DNA of 52,915 nucleotides from positions 1 to 52,915 of IMG/VR virus record IMGVR_UViG_2909288124_000003, one strand, 5' to 3'. The position numbers and the translations under genes were made by a program. This document shows positions 37,771-47,240 of the stretch, one piece after another. Positions within the stretch are counted from its first letter, which is position 1, and each line of letters starts with the position of its first letter. Below the pieces are notes generated by a model. That model was not told the DNA's origin. It saw only the letters and a list, made by a program, of their open reading frames with translations, and did no database searches. This DNA comes from a virus. Lineage: Duplodnaviria; Heunggongvirae; Uroviricota; Caudoviricetes.

Positions 37771-38454
37771 ATGGTGGAAAATGCTAAATACAAAGACTTT
37801 GCCGAAAGGCTAAACAGGTCTCTCCAAGAGCAATCTATTGGAGTTAAAGAATTGTCAGAGTTCAGTGGTGTCTCGTATGAGATGGCGCGGCGCTACACTC
37901 TTGGTACTGCAAAGCCGAGAGATGAGAAGATGATTCGAATTGCAGAAAGACTTGCCGTCTCACCGGCTTATCTTGATTATGGTGTGCCTGTTAATGGTGG
38001 CGACGCGCCAGCCAAAGGCACGGTCAGAATAGAGCAATTGGATGTTCATGCTTCAGCCGGTTCCGGATATATAAACCAACCATTCCCTACAATAGTGAGC
38101 TCAATAGAGATTCCAGAAGAGAGGATCTTCGAGTTGTTTGGTCGTAGAAGCCTTGATGGCATCGTCATGATAAATGTTGATGGCGATAGCATGATGCCCA
38201 CGCTTTGCCCAAAGGACCTGCTTTTCATAGACAGCAAGGTTGAACAATTCAGCGGCGACGGCGTTTATGTGTTCAATTTTGAAGACAGTACGTTCGTTAA
38301 ACGTTTGCAGAAGGTAAAAGGGCGCCGACTGGCAGTTCTTTCAGACAATGAACATTACCCGCCCTTCTTCATAGAGGAGCATGAAATGAATGAACTATAC
38401 ATATTCGGCAAGCTAATCAGATGCTTACCTCTAAAAATGATAGAGTTTGGCTAA
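37735..38454 (+). CDS. cI-like repressor (HTH plus S24 LexA-type autopeptidase domain)
   Basis: N-terminal HTH and C-terminal S24 domain with the GDSM serine and VKRL lysine motifs. The start may be at 37771 instead. Confidence 0.8.
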   Translation: MTTMPCALNLLLMVENAKYKDFAERLNRSLQEQSIGVKELSEFSGVSYEMARRYTLGTAKPRDEKMIRIAERLAVSPAYLDYGVPVNGGDAPAKGTVRIEQLDVHASAGSGYINQPFPTIVSSIEIPEERIFELFGRRSLDGIVMINVDGDSMMPTLCPKDLLFIDSKVEQFSGDGVYVFNFEDSTFVKRLQKVKGRRLAVLSDNEHYPPFFIEEHEMNELYIFGKLIRCLPLKMIEFG

Positions 38455-38473
38455 TAATTAATTCATCAAGAAA

Positions 38474-38494
38474 CCGGCGAAAGCCGGTTTTTTT
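38474..38494 (+). terminator. Rho-independent terminator after the repressor gene
   Basis: CCGGC-GAAA-GCCGG hairpin followed by TTTTTTT. Confidence 0.6.
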
Positions 38495-38559
38495 ACGCCT
38501 CAAATTCCTCACCTCATAACACTACACTACTAAAAATTTCATTTTTCTACTTTTTGTTG

Positions 38560-38589
38560 TTGCAATTATCTACTTAAAGTAGCTATAGT
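38560..38589 (+). promoter_or_regulatory. PL-like sigma70 promoter (TTGCAA, 18-bp spacer, TATAGT) with embedded operator palindrome CTACTTAAAGTAG
   Basis: Hexamers and palindrome read directly from the sequence. The palindrome at 38570..38582 shares half-sites with the one at 37697..37709. Confidence 0.5.
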
Positions 38590-38698
38590 CATTGCATCGA
38601 AAGCGAACAGGCAGGACGCCCACGAAGTAGCCGCCGGTGGCATATGAATAACCGGATGATTCGCTGACAGAAAACTTAGGTTGGGGGTAGAGGTTTAC

Positions 38699-39064
38699 AT
38701 GAATCATTTATTCACATGCTCATTTTGCGGAGCAACCGAACTGGGAGCGATAAAGATCGTCGCAAAAGGTGGTAAGGACGAACCTGCCATCTGTTCGGAA
38801 TGCGTAGTCACATGTGTAGAAAAAATGATCCTGACTAAAAAATCAGAGGCTGAAAAACCAACCTCTGATAACGAAATAATATCAGTCGATAAAAAACTAT
38901 TTAAAGAGCTTCTTCAGCTTGTCCTCAACCATCCTGATTTCGGAAGTAAGCTGGCTGCTGTTGACATTGATAGTAGCTCCACATCGACAAGTGAAACTTT
39001 TGTTCGACTTGAGCCAAGCGATTTTCTTCTTCGTCTTAGTGCCGCACTTAGGGCATGCGGGTAA
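38699..39064 (+). CDS. ClpX zinc-binding-domain-like protein (zinc ribbon) in the lambda N position
   Basis: LFTCSFCG...AICSECVVTC resembles the ClpX N-terminal zinc ribbon (CSFCG...ICDECV..C). ATG at 38699 with RBS GGGGTAGAGG. Confidence 0.5.
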   Translation: MNHLFTCSFCGATELGAIKIVAKGGKDEPAICSECVVTCVEKMILTKKSEAEKPTSDNEIISVDKKLFKELLQLVLNHPDFGSKLAAVDIDSSSTSTSETFVRLEPSDFLLRLSAALRACG

Positions 39065-39446
39065 CGTAATTTCCTGGTTATCAAAAGCGCCCATAAACAT
39101 CCCTCTTGGTTGTGTGAGAACACCAAGATACCACCACGCCTGATGTGGTTAAAAGCAGGCCAAAGCAATAACAAGTACTTCCCTGTTCTGGCGGCCCGGT
39201 GTTTTCCCGTGTATTTCCGGTAACCGCCAGCCTTTTTCAGGGCACAACGATGAGAACATTGACGAGCAAGGCATAAGTGCTGGTTCGATTCCAGACAGTC
39301 CCATTTAGTTGGGAGGGTTGGGCAGGGAAAAGGTTCGTTCGATTCGAACACCGGCAATGTTCTCTTCGTTGTGGTGAATTGCAGTCCATCGAGACAACCA
39401 GAAGACAAGCGCCTGGCGCCACAACTTGAATGCTGCGTGAAGTGTT

Positions 39447-39492
39447 GGCGGTACCAGTTACATCCCATCAATTAGCTGGTACCGCCCTTTTT
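39447..39492 (+). terminator. Strong rho-independent terminator inside the structured non-coding region
   Basis: GGCGGTACCAG...CTGGTACCGCC (11-bp stem) followed by CTTTTT. Confidence 0.55.
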
Positions 39493-39678
39493 ACACAACA
39501 GAAAAGGGCATCACCGGGCGACGGGCTCATAACCCAATCCACCCGGGCAAAAAGAAAGCGGTCTCTCAAGCCGCCGACCAATGCAGGTGCCCTTCTCTGT
39601 TGTGTATGGAGAAAGTTCGGCGGTGGCAGCCGCCTTAACTTCGTGTATGGACTAAAACCTTGTGCAGAGGAAAGTTAA

Positions 39679-40596
39679 ATGAAATTACCTAAGTTCCGTA
39701 ACGCAATCGTGTACCGCGCCACACTACCTAGCATTGAAGCTATCGAGGGGCATCTGCTTGAACTCCCCTACTCCGAGATTGGTGAAACTGAGTTTTCACG
39801 CGCCTCTTTTGTGCCAAACCCGATCACTGGCGAATTGGTCACCCCAATATCAGGTGGGTATGCCATCGTGATCCGCCATGATCAGAAAATCATTCCCCAG
39901 CATGTTGTTTTGAAGGAAGCCGCAGCACGGATCCAAAGAATCGAAGATATGTCCGGGAGTAAAATCAAACGTATCGAACGATTAGCAATTATCGACAGCG
40001 TCCGCGTTGACCTGTGTAAACGGGCATTTGTTAAATCAACGCTGATCCTTGCGTTGTACAGCACCAACGAAAAGCTATTAGTGGTCAATACGACCAATAA
40101 AAATATTGCCGGTATGGCTGTGGCTATGCTGGTGAAAGTTGTCGGTTCCGTTAAAACAGAAACAATCAACATTAGCGATATTAAGAACGGTTTAACTACG
40201 CGGTTGAAAAACTATATCAATGGCGTGGCCAATGCTTTTGAAGGGTTTACCGTCGGCAATTATATCCAGCTGTCCCGCCTTGCCGATCAAAATGAAGTTA
40301 TTCGCTACTCAGCTGAACACGACTCAATTCAAAGCGAGCTAGTTGATAGCCTTAATAGCGGCTTTACCGCTGATAAAATGGAGCTAGCAGGATGCGGTGT
40401 ATCGTTCATCCTCACCGAAAATTTCCATTTTTCGCGCATCAATACCCAAGCCCAAACATTCAACGATGAAGATGATAAAGCATTTCAATGGCGCCATCAG
40501 GCCGGGACGGATCTACTCCAATTCAGCAAAGTAGTAAACCTGATGTGTGATCTTCTTTCGTACAAAGAAGAACAGCCACAAAAACCCGCAGCCTAA
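39679..40596 (+). CDS. RdgC-like recombination-associated protein
   Basis: N-terminal F(K/R)N..VYR motif and overall pattern resemble E. coli RdgC; sits in the recombination module. Confidence 0.55.
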   Translation: MKLPKFRNAIVYRATLPSIEAIEGHLLELPYSEIGETEFSRASFVPNPITGELVTPISGGYAIVIRHDQKIIPQHVVLKEAAARIQRIEDMSGSKIKRIERLAIIDSVRVDLCKRAFVKSTLILALYSTNEKLLVVNTTNKNIAGMAVAMLVKVVGSVKTETINISDIKNGLTTRLKNYINGVANAFEGFTVGNYIQLSRLADQNEVIRYSAEHDSIQSELVDSLNSGFTADKMELAGCGVSFILTENFHFSRINTQAQTFNDEDDKAFQWRHQAGTDLLQFSKVVNLMCDLLSYKEEQPQKPAA

Positions 40597-40703
40597 TACC
40601 CCAGACCGTAATTAACCCATGTCATGGGTTGGGTTGCTGCACGCTAAATTTAGCAATTCATTAATTTAATAGCGCGGTGCAGCGCGCCAATATGGAGAAA
40701 ACC

Positions 40704-41243
40704 ATGAGCTACATTCAGACATTATCCGGCAAACATTTTAATTACCTCGATATCCAACAGGACGATATCGTGATCGAGGATATTGCTACCGCGTTGTCTC
40801 ATATCTGCCGTTTTGCAGGGCATCTTCCTGAGTTTTATAGCGTCGGCCAGCATAGCGTTTTAACCAGCCACCTCGTTCCGCAGGAGTTTGCATTAGAAGC
40901 ACTGCTTCATGATGCTGCTGAAGCCTACCTGCAGGACATCCCATCCCCGCTTAAGCACCTGCTTCCGGATTACCAGGTGATCGAAGCTCGCGTGGATGCA
41001 GCCATTCGGCAGAAGTTCGGCCTACCGACGGAACAACACCCAACTGTGAAATATGCCGATCTGGTGATGCTCGCCAGCGAACGCCGCGATTTTGAGGTTG
41101 ACGAAGGTTCCGTGTGGCCATGCCTCGAGGGAGTTGTCCCAACGGATTTATTCATTATCAATCCAGTTCGTCCTGGCCAGTCATACGGCATGTTCATCAA
41201 TCGCTTTAACGAATTGATGGAGCAGCGCCAATGCGCCGCATGA
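40704..41243 (+). CDS. HD-domain phosphohydrolase (YfbR-like)
   Basis: H...HD...D pattern (ALSHICRF, LLHDAAEAY). The start could be at 40692 or 40704. Confidence 0.6.
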   Translation: MSYIQTLSGKHFNYLDIQQDDIVIEDIATALSHICRFAGHLPEFYSVGQHSVLTSHLVPQEFALEALLHDAAEAYLQDIPSPLKHLLPDYQVIEARVDAAIRQKFGLPTEQHPTVKYADLVMLASERRDFEVDEGSVWPCLEGVVPTDLFIINPVRPGQSYGMFINRFNELMEQRQCAA

Positions 41244-41407
41244 AGGTAAAAGAACTCGTAGCGGAGGCGTTTGCCTCCGTTGCTGAATTGCCACCAAAGC
41301 ATGCACCGCTTATGCGCGAAGTCGCCACCAGACTGGACGCTACGTTCGCAGCATTAAAAGAGTCTCTGGTGCAACTGGAACAGGAACGTAAAGGTAAAAC
41401 GCCATGA
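41231..41407 (+). CDS. Small hypothetical protein (58 aa), not in the ORF track
   Basis: ORF MRRMKVKELVAEAF... whose start overlaps the upstream stop and whose stop overlaps the next ATG. Confidence 0.3.
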   Translation: MRRMKVKELVAEAFASVAELPPKHAPLMREVATRLDATFAALKESLVQLEQERKGKTP

Positions 41408-41658
41408 CCGTATTTGAATATCTCCAGGCTCACCCCAACGCCACCAGCGCTGAAATAGCTAAGGGTTTAAACAAAAAGACAGCTTCGATCGCTGGTGCAT
41501 TATCGCAACTCTATGGCACCGGCCGGATCGTGAAGTCTGGTGTTCGCAAGGGCATTCCAACATACCGTGTTAACGATATGCCGTTTGGGTGTAGTAACAG
41601 CTTAACCATGATGTTTAACCAGCTATTAAACACAGCCAGAAAGGGAACTGCACAATGA
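41404..41658 (+). CDS. Small winged-helix-like protein
   Basis: 84-aa ORF in the early-left operon. Confidence 0.4.
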   Translation: MTVFEYLQAHPNATSAEIAKGLNKKTASIAGALSQLYGTGRIVKSGVRKGIPTYRVNDMPFGCSNSLTMMFNQLLNTARKGTAQ

Positions 41659-41999
41659 GTAAATCTCTGAACGCACGTTGCATCCGTCGCTGGACCGTCG
41701 AATTTAAAGGCCGCTGCGACTCGAAACATAGCCCGTATTGGCGCAAGCGCGACCTGCGCGGTTACATCCGTGAAGCGGCACTAACTACAGCTTATTGCAT
41801 GGTTGAGCGTATGGCTGAGGACAATGCCAGGGTTGCTTTTTTCGGGTACCTGTACGGTTTGTCGCCTGAATTCTCAGCCTGGTACGATGAACGCCGTGAG
41901 TCATATCTGAAAGAAGCCCGGCGCACACTCAATAAGAACGCCACCAATGATGAGGTTGACGAGGAAATACAGAACGAGCTGGAGGCCTGGAATGACTAA
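41655..41999 (+). CDS. Hypothetical protein
   Basis: 114-aa ORF, translationally coupled to its neighbours. Confidence 0.4.
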   Translation: MSKSLNARCIRRWTVEFKGRCDSKHSPYWRKRDLRGYIREAALTTAYCMVERMAEDNARVAFFGYLYGLSPEFSAWYDERRESYLKEARRTLNKNATNDEVDEEIQNELEAWND

Positions 42000-42324
42000 C
42001 TCACTCAACAAACAGGATTTAGACGACGCACTGTACTTTGACCTTTTTGAAGGTGATTTCGGTACGCCATGCGATACCGAACTATCGAACAAAATTGTTA
42101 CCTCTCGCGGTGAATATAAATGTCACATTTGCGCTGGCGAAATTTTAAAGGGTGAAATCCATCGTAGTACGACGTGGAAATTCGACGGCGAACTCATGTC
42201 CTATCGGTGTTGCAACGAGTGCTGTGTGGCAATGGTTAAAAGCGTCAATTGTGAATATGAAGAAGAAGACCCGATAGAAGCGCGTTACGCGCTGGGCCAT
42301 CTACGCAGAGGATGGGCAGCATGA
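41992..42324 (+). CDS. Hypothetical Cys-rich (zinc-finger-like) protein
   Basis: CHICAG...CCNECC motif; start trimmed to MTNSLNKQ. Confidence 0.4.
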   Translation: MTNSLNKQDLDDALYFDLFEGDFGTPCDTELSNKIVTSRGEYKCHICAGEILKGEIHRSTTWKFDGELMSYRCCNECCVAMVKSVNCEYEEEDPIEARYALGHLRRGWAA

Positions 42325-43004
42325 CCACTAACAACCACCCGGCGCACGGTCCTGTATCACTCGAGCGCCTGCACCAGATACGCGAAATACTCAGCAAAGC
42401 AGCAGCACAAAGCGACGGCGGTAATCTCGGCTACGCAATGGCTGATGCTGTGAAGGTGATTGAAGGGGCAATTGCGGCGTTTGGTGCTGAGCCTGCACCA
42501 GTAGATATTGAAATGCTGGCCACTGCACTGAGAAACGCTCCGTTAGCGCCGTCAGATAGCCAGGGCAAGCCGAGAGCGCCGGTAGCGCCGGAGAATTGCG
42601 TAACAGCAGAACACCGTCGCGTTATTGAAATGCTGCTCAATGTTTGCGGGGCCGCATTCGAACTCGCAGATGATAGCTGTCAGCAAGATGTTGATGGCGA
42701 AGAGTGCCACGTTGTTCCAGACGACGCATTTCAGAAGCTAAGTGATGCGCTGGACGAAATCGAAAACACTCTCCCGACAGAAGATGTCGACAGGCCAGAC
42801 GTATTTCTTGCCTGGTCGGCAATGCCAAGGGCAGCGCTGAAATCTATTCTCCAGGCTGGCAACTCTCCGGTAACTCCGGATGGTTCAACTTGTAAATACT
42901 GCGGTGGCACAGGTTATTTCCGCTGGCAGCAATCAGAAAATATGTGTCCTTGCCCATATGTGGGATGTGACCAGCCAACAGCACCTAATCAAGAGAATGT
43001 ATAA
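42312..43004 (+). CDS. Hypothetical protein with C-terminal Cys cluster
   Basis: 230-aa acidic ORF ending in CKYCGGTGYF...CPCPYVGC. Confidence 0.4.
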   Translation: MGSMTTNNHPAHGPVSLERLHQIREILSKAAAQSDGGNLGYAMADAVKVIEGAIAAFGAEPAPVDIEMLATALRNAPLAPSDSQGKPRAPVAPENCVTAEHRRVIEMLLNVCGAAFELADDSCQQDVDGEECHVVPDDAFQKLSDALDEIENTLPTEDVDRPDVFLAWSAMPRAALKSILQAGNSPVTPDGSTCKYCGGTGYFRWQQSENMCPCPYVGCDQPTAPNQENV

Positions 43005-43575
43005 CGTGAACAATTTAATGATCGATCTTGAAACTATGGGCAAAAAGCCGAATGCCCCTATCGTCTCCATTGGTGCCGTGTTATTCGATCCGCAAAGTGG
43101 TGAACTGGGTCAGGAGTTTTACACCGCTGTTAATCTTGAAAGCGCTATGGAGCAGGGAGCGGTGCCGGACGGTGACACTATTCTGTGGTGGTTAAGACAA
43201 AGCTCAGAAGCACGATCAGCAATCTGTGTTGATGATGCGATGCCGATATCATCTGCCCTATCTGAACTGAGCCATTTCATTAATCGGCATTCTGATAACC
43301 CTAAATATTTAAAAGTTTGGGGCAATGGAGCTACTTTCGACAACGTTATATTGCGCGGCGCATATGAGCGTGCCGGCCAGGTTTGCCCGTGGCAATTTTG
43401 GAATGATCACGACGTCAGAACCATCGTCACATTAGGCAGAGTTGTAGGTTTCGATCCTAAGCGTGATATGCCATTTGATGGGGTTGCACATAACGCACTG
43501 GCTGATGCCCGCCACCAGGCGAAATATGTTTCAGCGATTTGGCAGAAACTAATCCCAACCACCAGCAACAACTAA
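42997..43575 (+). CDS. 3'-5' exonuclease-like protein (DnaQ-like fold)
   Basis: MIDLETMG...SIGAV...H(N/D)..FD motifs; start trimmed to MYNVNN. Confidence 0.5.
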   Translation: MYNVNNLMIDLETMGKKPNAPIVSIGAVLFDPQSGELGQEFYTAVNLESAMEQGAVPDGDTILWWLRQSSEARSAICVDDAMPISSALSELSHFINRHSDNPKYLKVWGNGATFDNVILRGAYERAGQVCPWQFWNDHDVRTIVTLGRVVGFDPKRDMPFDGVAHNALADARHQAKYVSAIWQKLIPTTSNN

Positions 43576-43615
43576 AATTTTCCCCGGGTGCAGCCGGGAT
43601 AATGGAGAAATAACT

Positions 43616-43852
43616 ATGAGCAATATTTTCCAGTTAGCTCCCAACGATTGGGTTTGTGAAAGTGTTCTGATCGCGGTGACCGGGCTCAAGCCCGGTACCA
43701 TCCTCCGGGCCAGAAAAGAATGCTGGATGATTGGGAGGGAGTATATCCACGTATCGCCTGACGGAAATCCTAAACCTTCCAGTGAGTGCATGTATAACAG
43801 AAAGGCTGTAGATGCCTGGGTCGCTTCAATGAAAAGCAAGCAGCCAGGGTGA
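43616..43852 (+). CDS. xis: Excisionase (Xis)
   Basis: 78-aa ORF immediately upstream of the integrase. Confidence 0.6.
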   Translation: MSNIFQLAPNDWVCESVLIAVTGLKPGTILRARKECWMIGREYIHVSPDGNPKPSSECMYNRKAVDAWVASMKSKQPG

Positions 43853-43910
43853 TTTGATGCCATGAAAAAGGTAAGCTCGTATCGCTCTTGGGCGTCTGGA
43901 GGTAACACCA

Positions 43911-45224
43911 ATGGATAAAGTCACATATCCAACAGGCGTCGAAAACCACGGTGGCACATTACGCATCTGGTTTAATTTTAAAGGTAAGCGTGTCAGGGAA
44001 AGTCTCGGTGTCCCTGACACCGCTAAGAACAGAAAGATAGCCGGGGAACTGCGGACATCAGTATGTTTTGCCATCCGCACAGGAACCTTTGATTATGCAA
44101 CCCAGTTTCCTGACTCCCCTAACCTCAAGGCTTTTGGTGTAAGTAAAAAAGACATTACAGTGAAAGAACTTGAAGAAAAATGGCTGGATCTGAAACGGAT
44201 GGAAATCTGCGCGAACGCATTCAATCGCTATGAATCTGTCGCAAGGAATATGGTGCCGAGGATCGGAGGTAATCGCCTGGTGTCAGCAGTAACCAAAGAG
44301 GAATTGCTGTATCTCAGGAAAGATTTGCTAACTGGTTATCAGAGTCCGACGAAAAATAAAGCCCCGGCAAAAGGGCGAAGCGTTGTTACTGTGAACTATT
44401 ACATGACGACAATGGCCGGAATGTTTCAGTTTGCTGCGGATCACGGTTACTTAGAGGTGAACCCATTCGAGGGAATTAAACCTCTGAAAAAAGCCAGGGC
44501 AGAACCAGATCCTCTGTCTCGTGATGAATTTATTCGCCTGATAGATGCATGCCGGCATCAGCAGACGAAAAACCTGTGGTCATTAGCAGTGTACACAGGA
44601 ATGCGTCACGGGGAACTGGTCTCCCTGGCCTGGGAAGATATCGACCTGAAGGCGGGAACAATTACCGTCAGGCGTAATTATACGAAACTTGGTGAGTTCA
44701 CTCTACCGAAAACCGAGGCAAGCACAGATCGAGTGGTGCATCTTATCCAGCCCGCAATCAGCATCCTGAAAAATCAGGCTGAAATGACAAGGCTGGGCAG
44801 GCAATATCACATTGAAGTGCAGTTACGTGAGTACGGTCGTTCGGTGACCCATGAGTGTACATTCGTCTTTAACCCGCATGTGGTCAGACGCAGTAAGCAG
44901 GTCGGATTTATCTACCGGGTCGATTCAGTAGGCGACTCATGGGAAGCGGCACTAAAGCGCGCGGGGATCAGACACAGAAAGGCGTACCAGTCACGACATA
45001 CCTATGCGTGCTGGTCATTATCTGCTGGTGCAAACCCGAGTTTTATTGCCAGTCAGATGGGGCATGCGAGCGCGCAGATGGTGTTCAATGTTTACGGTGC
45101 ATGGATGGCTGACAGCAGCGCAGAGCAGATCGCAATGCTGAATCAGAAGCTGGCAGATTTTGCCCCATTGATGCCCCATAGCCACGAGAGCAGTACTGGA
45201 GGATTATTAAAATCAGTAAGTTAA
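43911..45224 (+). CDS. int: Tyrosine integrase
   Basis: 437 aa with C-terminal catalytic R...HxxR...Y region; ends 18 bp before the attR core; arm-type repeats lie in its 3' end. Confidence 0.85.
   Translation: MDKVTYPTGVENHGGTLRIWFNFKGKRVRESLGVPDTAKNRKIAGELRTSVCFAIRTGTFDYATQFPDSPNLKAFGVSKKDITVKELEEKWLDLKRMEICANAFNRYESVARNMVPRIGGNRLVSAVTKEELLYLRKDLLTGYQSPTKNKAPAKGRSVVTVNYYMTTMAGMFQFAADHGYLEVNPFEGIKPLKKARAEPDPLSRDEFIRLIDACRHQQTKNLWSLAVYTGMRHGELVSLAWEDIDLKAGTITVRRNYTKLGEFTLPKTEASTDRVVHLIQPAISILKNQAEMTRLGRQYHIEVQLREYGRSVTHECTFVFNPHVVRRSKQVGFIYRVDSVGDSWEAALKRAGIRHRKAYQSRHTYACWSLSAGANPSFIASQMGHASAQMVFNVYGAWMADSSAEQIAMLNQKLADFAPLMPHSHESSTGGLLKSVS
45161..45178. promoter_or_regulatory. Integrase arm-type sites (two TGCCCCA copies) within the int 3' end
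   Basis: ttTGCCCCAttgaTGCCCCAta, same heptamer as the four copies near attL. Confidence 0.4.
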
Positions 45225-45242
45225 CCCCTAACGCCCGTCATG

Positions 45243-45256
45243 TTAACTGCGTGGAG
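45243..45256. repeat. attR core: 14-bp direct repeat TTAACTGCGTGGAG
   Basis: Identical to 86..99. Host yecE sequence resumes in frame immediately after. Confidence 0.6.
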
Positions 45257-45652
45257 GGCAACACCACGCTTTACGCCCTGCCGAAACCCGAGGTTGTCCT
45301 GCGCTGGCGTGAGCAGACCACAGATGACTTCCGCTTCTGTTTTAAGTTTCCGGCGACCATTTCGCATCAGGCAGCATTACGGCATTGCGATGATTTAGTG
45401 ACTGAATTTTTGACCCGCATGTCACCGTTGGCTCCGCGCATTGGGCAATACTGGCTGCAACTGCCTGCCACATTCGGCCCACGGGAGCTGCCTGCGCTTT
45501 GGAATTTTCTCGATTCTCTCCCTGGCGAATTTAATTATGGTGTGGAAGTCCGCCATCCACAGTTTTTCGCCAAAGGGGAAGAGGAACAAACGCTTAATCG
45601 CGGTTTACATCAGCGCGGCGTTAATCGGGTGATTTTTATTAGACACGTTTAA
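45251..45652 (+). pseudogene. yecE: Host yecE (DUF72) internal fragment, truncated again at about 45640 by element 2
   Basis: GNTTLYALPKPEVVLRWREQTTDDFRFCFKFPATISHQ... continues the protein from 1..99 and then diverges (NRVIFIRHV stop) where the AT-rich second element begins. Confidence 0.7.
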
Positions 45653-45702
45653 ATACACCACCTAAAGCGATACAATCTAGGGCATCAGTTTTGAGGTGAA
45701 CA

Positions 45703-47226
45703 ATGAAACGTGCCATTTCTTACATCAGGTTTTCATCTGAGAAGCAATCCCGAGGTGATTCACTACGCAGACAGTCTAAGATGGTTAATGACTGGCTTAA
45801 GGCTCATCCTGAGTACTACCTTGACCAAGATTTATCCTTCCGTGATTTGGGGGTGAGTGGGTTCACTGGTAAGCACTTGAAAGGTGGCTTAGGTGACTTC
45901 TTAACCGCTATCGAGAAAGGGCTTGTTAAAGCTGGTGATACACTACTAATCGAGAGTTTAGACCGTCTGTCACGTCAAGATGTAGACCAAGCAAGCGAGC
46001 TACTCAGAAACATTCTTCGCTCTGGTGTAGATGTAGTCACCCTGTCCGATGGTGAACATTACACAAAAGAGAGTTTAAAAGACCCGTTAGCTCTGATTAA
46101 AAGCATTTTGATAATGCAACGAGCGCATGAGGAATCATTACGTAAGGCTGAGCGTATCCAAGCTGCATGGGATGCAAAGAAAGAAGCTGCTAAAGCTGGT
46201 ATCAAGATTTCTAGGCGTTGTCCTGCATGGCTTAAGCTTAATGATGACCGTAAAAGCTTCTCTGTGATACCTGAGAAAGTGGAGACTGTGAAGAGGTGCT
46301 TTCAGCTACGGTTAGAGGGTAAGTCTATCTGGGAGATTGTCAGAACTCTTAATGCTGAAGGTCACCGGTCGATGAACCAATACAAGCCGGGTAAGTTTGG
46401 TCAAACCTCAGTGCAAGACCTTTTGAAGAATCGCTCTGTAATTGGATACTTTACCCCGAAAGGCTGTGAAGAGATATCTGGTTATTATCCTGCAATTATA
46501 GATGAAACAACATTCTACAAAGTTCAACAACTATCACATTCTCGTTATGGAAAGAGGTCTGTTTCAGATAAACCATTGAGTGTGAATCTCTTTAAAGGTG
46601 TTATCCGTTGTTCTGAATGTGGTCATGCTCTGATTATCACAGGCTTTAGCGATACAAGAAACGGGATTTATCGTTGTCCTCTTCGTAATGAAAACCGTTG
46701 CAATGCCAAAGGGCTGTCACGTAAGCAAACCGATGGTACATTACTTGCCCTGCTATCTCGTCTTGACCGATTTGATAGCGATATGACGAATGTCATTGAT
46801 GCATTGAAGCTACACCGTGAACACATCTCAAACAATATTGAAAAGCTGGTACAGCTATCACTTGAAATTGAAGATTTGTCAGCTATTACCATCAAACTAA
46901 AGCAGTTAAAAGGTGAGCTATCACAGGTTGATGCGGATATCGAGAAGGAGACACAACGCCTTAAATCTATTGATGTGGGGTGTTTGTCTGATTGTGACTT
47001 GACTACAAAGGCGGGAAGGATTGAAGCACAACTGATAATCAAAAGTGCTGTTAAAGAGGTCGTTTTAAATACTGCTAAACGTCGCTGTAAAGTAACTTTT
47101 CACAATAGTAAGTCAATCACCCTACCAATAACAGAAAACCCCTCAGAGGACGTTACAGAGGCTATACAGTCGCTTTCTGAAGTCACTGAGAGGGGGTTGA
47201 TAGATGTTGATGAGGTTATCATATAG
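45703..47226 (+). CDS. Large serine recombinase (serine integrase) of a second integrated element
   Basis: N-terminal resolvase-type catalytic region (ISYIRFSSEKQ), recombinase and zinc-ribbon region (CSECGH...CPLRNENRC), coiled-coil C-terminus; sits at the junction with yecE. Confidence 0.8.
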   Translation: MKRAISYIRFSSEKQSRGDSLRRQSKMVNDWLKAHPEYYLDQDLSFRDLGVSGFTGKHLKGGLGDFLTAIEKGLVKAGDTLLIESLDRLSRQDVDQASELLRNILRSGVDVVTLSDGEHYTKESLKDPLALIKSILIMQRAHEESLRKAERIQAAWDAKKEAAKAGIKISRRCPAWLKLNDDRKSFSVIPEKVETVKRCFQLRLEGKSIWEIVRTLNAEGHRSMNQYKPGKFGQTSVQDLLKNRSVIGYFTPKGCEEISGYYPAIIDETTFYKVQQLSHSRYGKRSVSDKPLSVNLFKGVIRCSECGHALIITGFSDTRNGIYRCPLRNENRCNAKGLSRKQTDGTLLALLSRLDRFDSDMTNVIDALKLHREHISNNIEKLVQLSLEIEDLSAITIKLKQLKGELSQVDADIEKETQRLKSIDVGCLSDCDLTTKAGRIEAQLIIKSAVKEVVLNTAKRRCKVTFHNSKSITLPITENPSEDVTEAIQSLSEVTERGLIDVDEVII

Positions 47227-47240
47227 TTGAGATTCTATCG

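Noticed and set aside
38914-39471. Minus-strand 185-aa ORF across the structured intergenic region
   Set aside because: It is Cys/Arg-rich, convergent on the upstream gene, has no RBS, and spans terminator hairpins; more likely non-coding structured sequence.
42955-43005. Apparent 1-nt mismatch between my manual translation and the ORF track near the 42312/42880 ORF overlap
   Set aside because: Most likely my manual base counting; I trusted the ORF-track coordinates, so hand-derived positions elsewhere may be off by +/-1.
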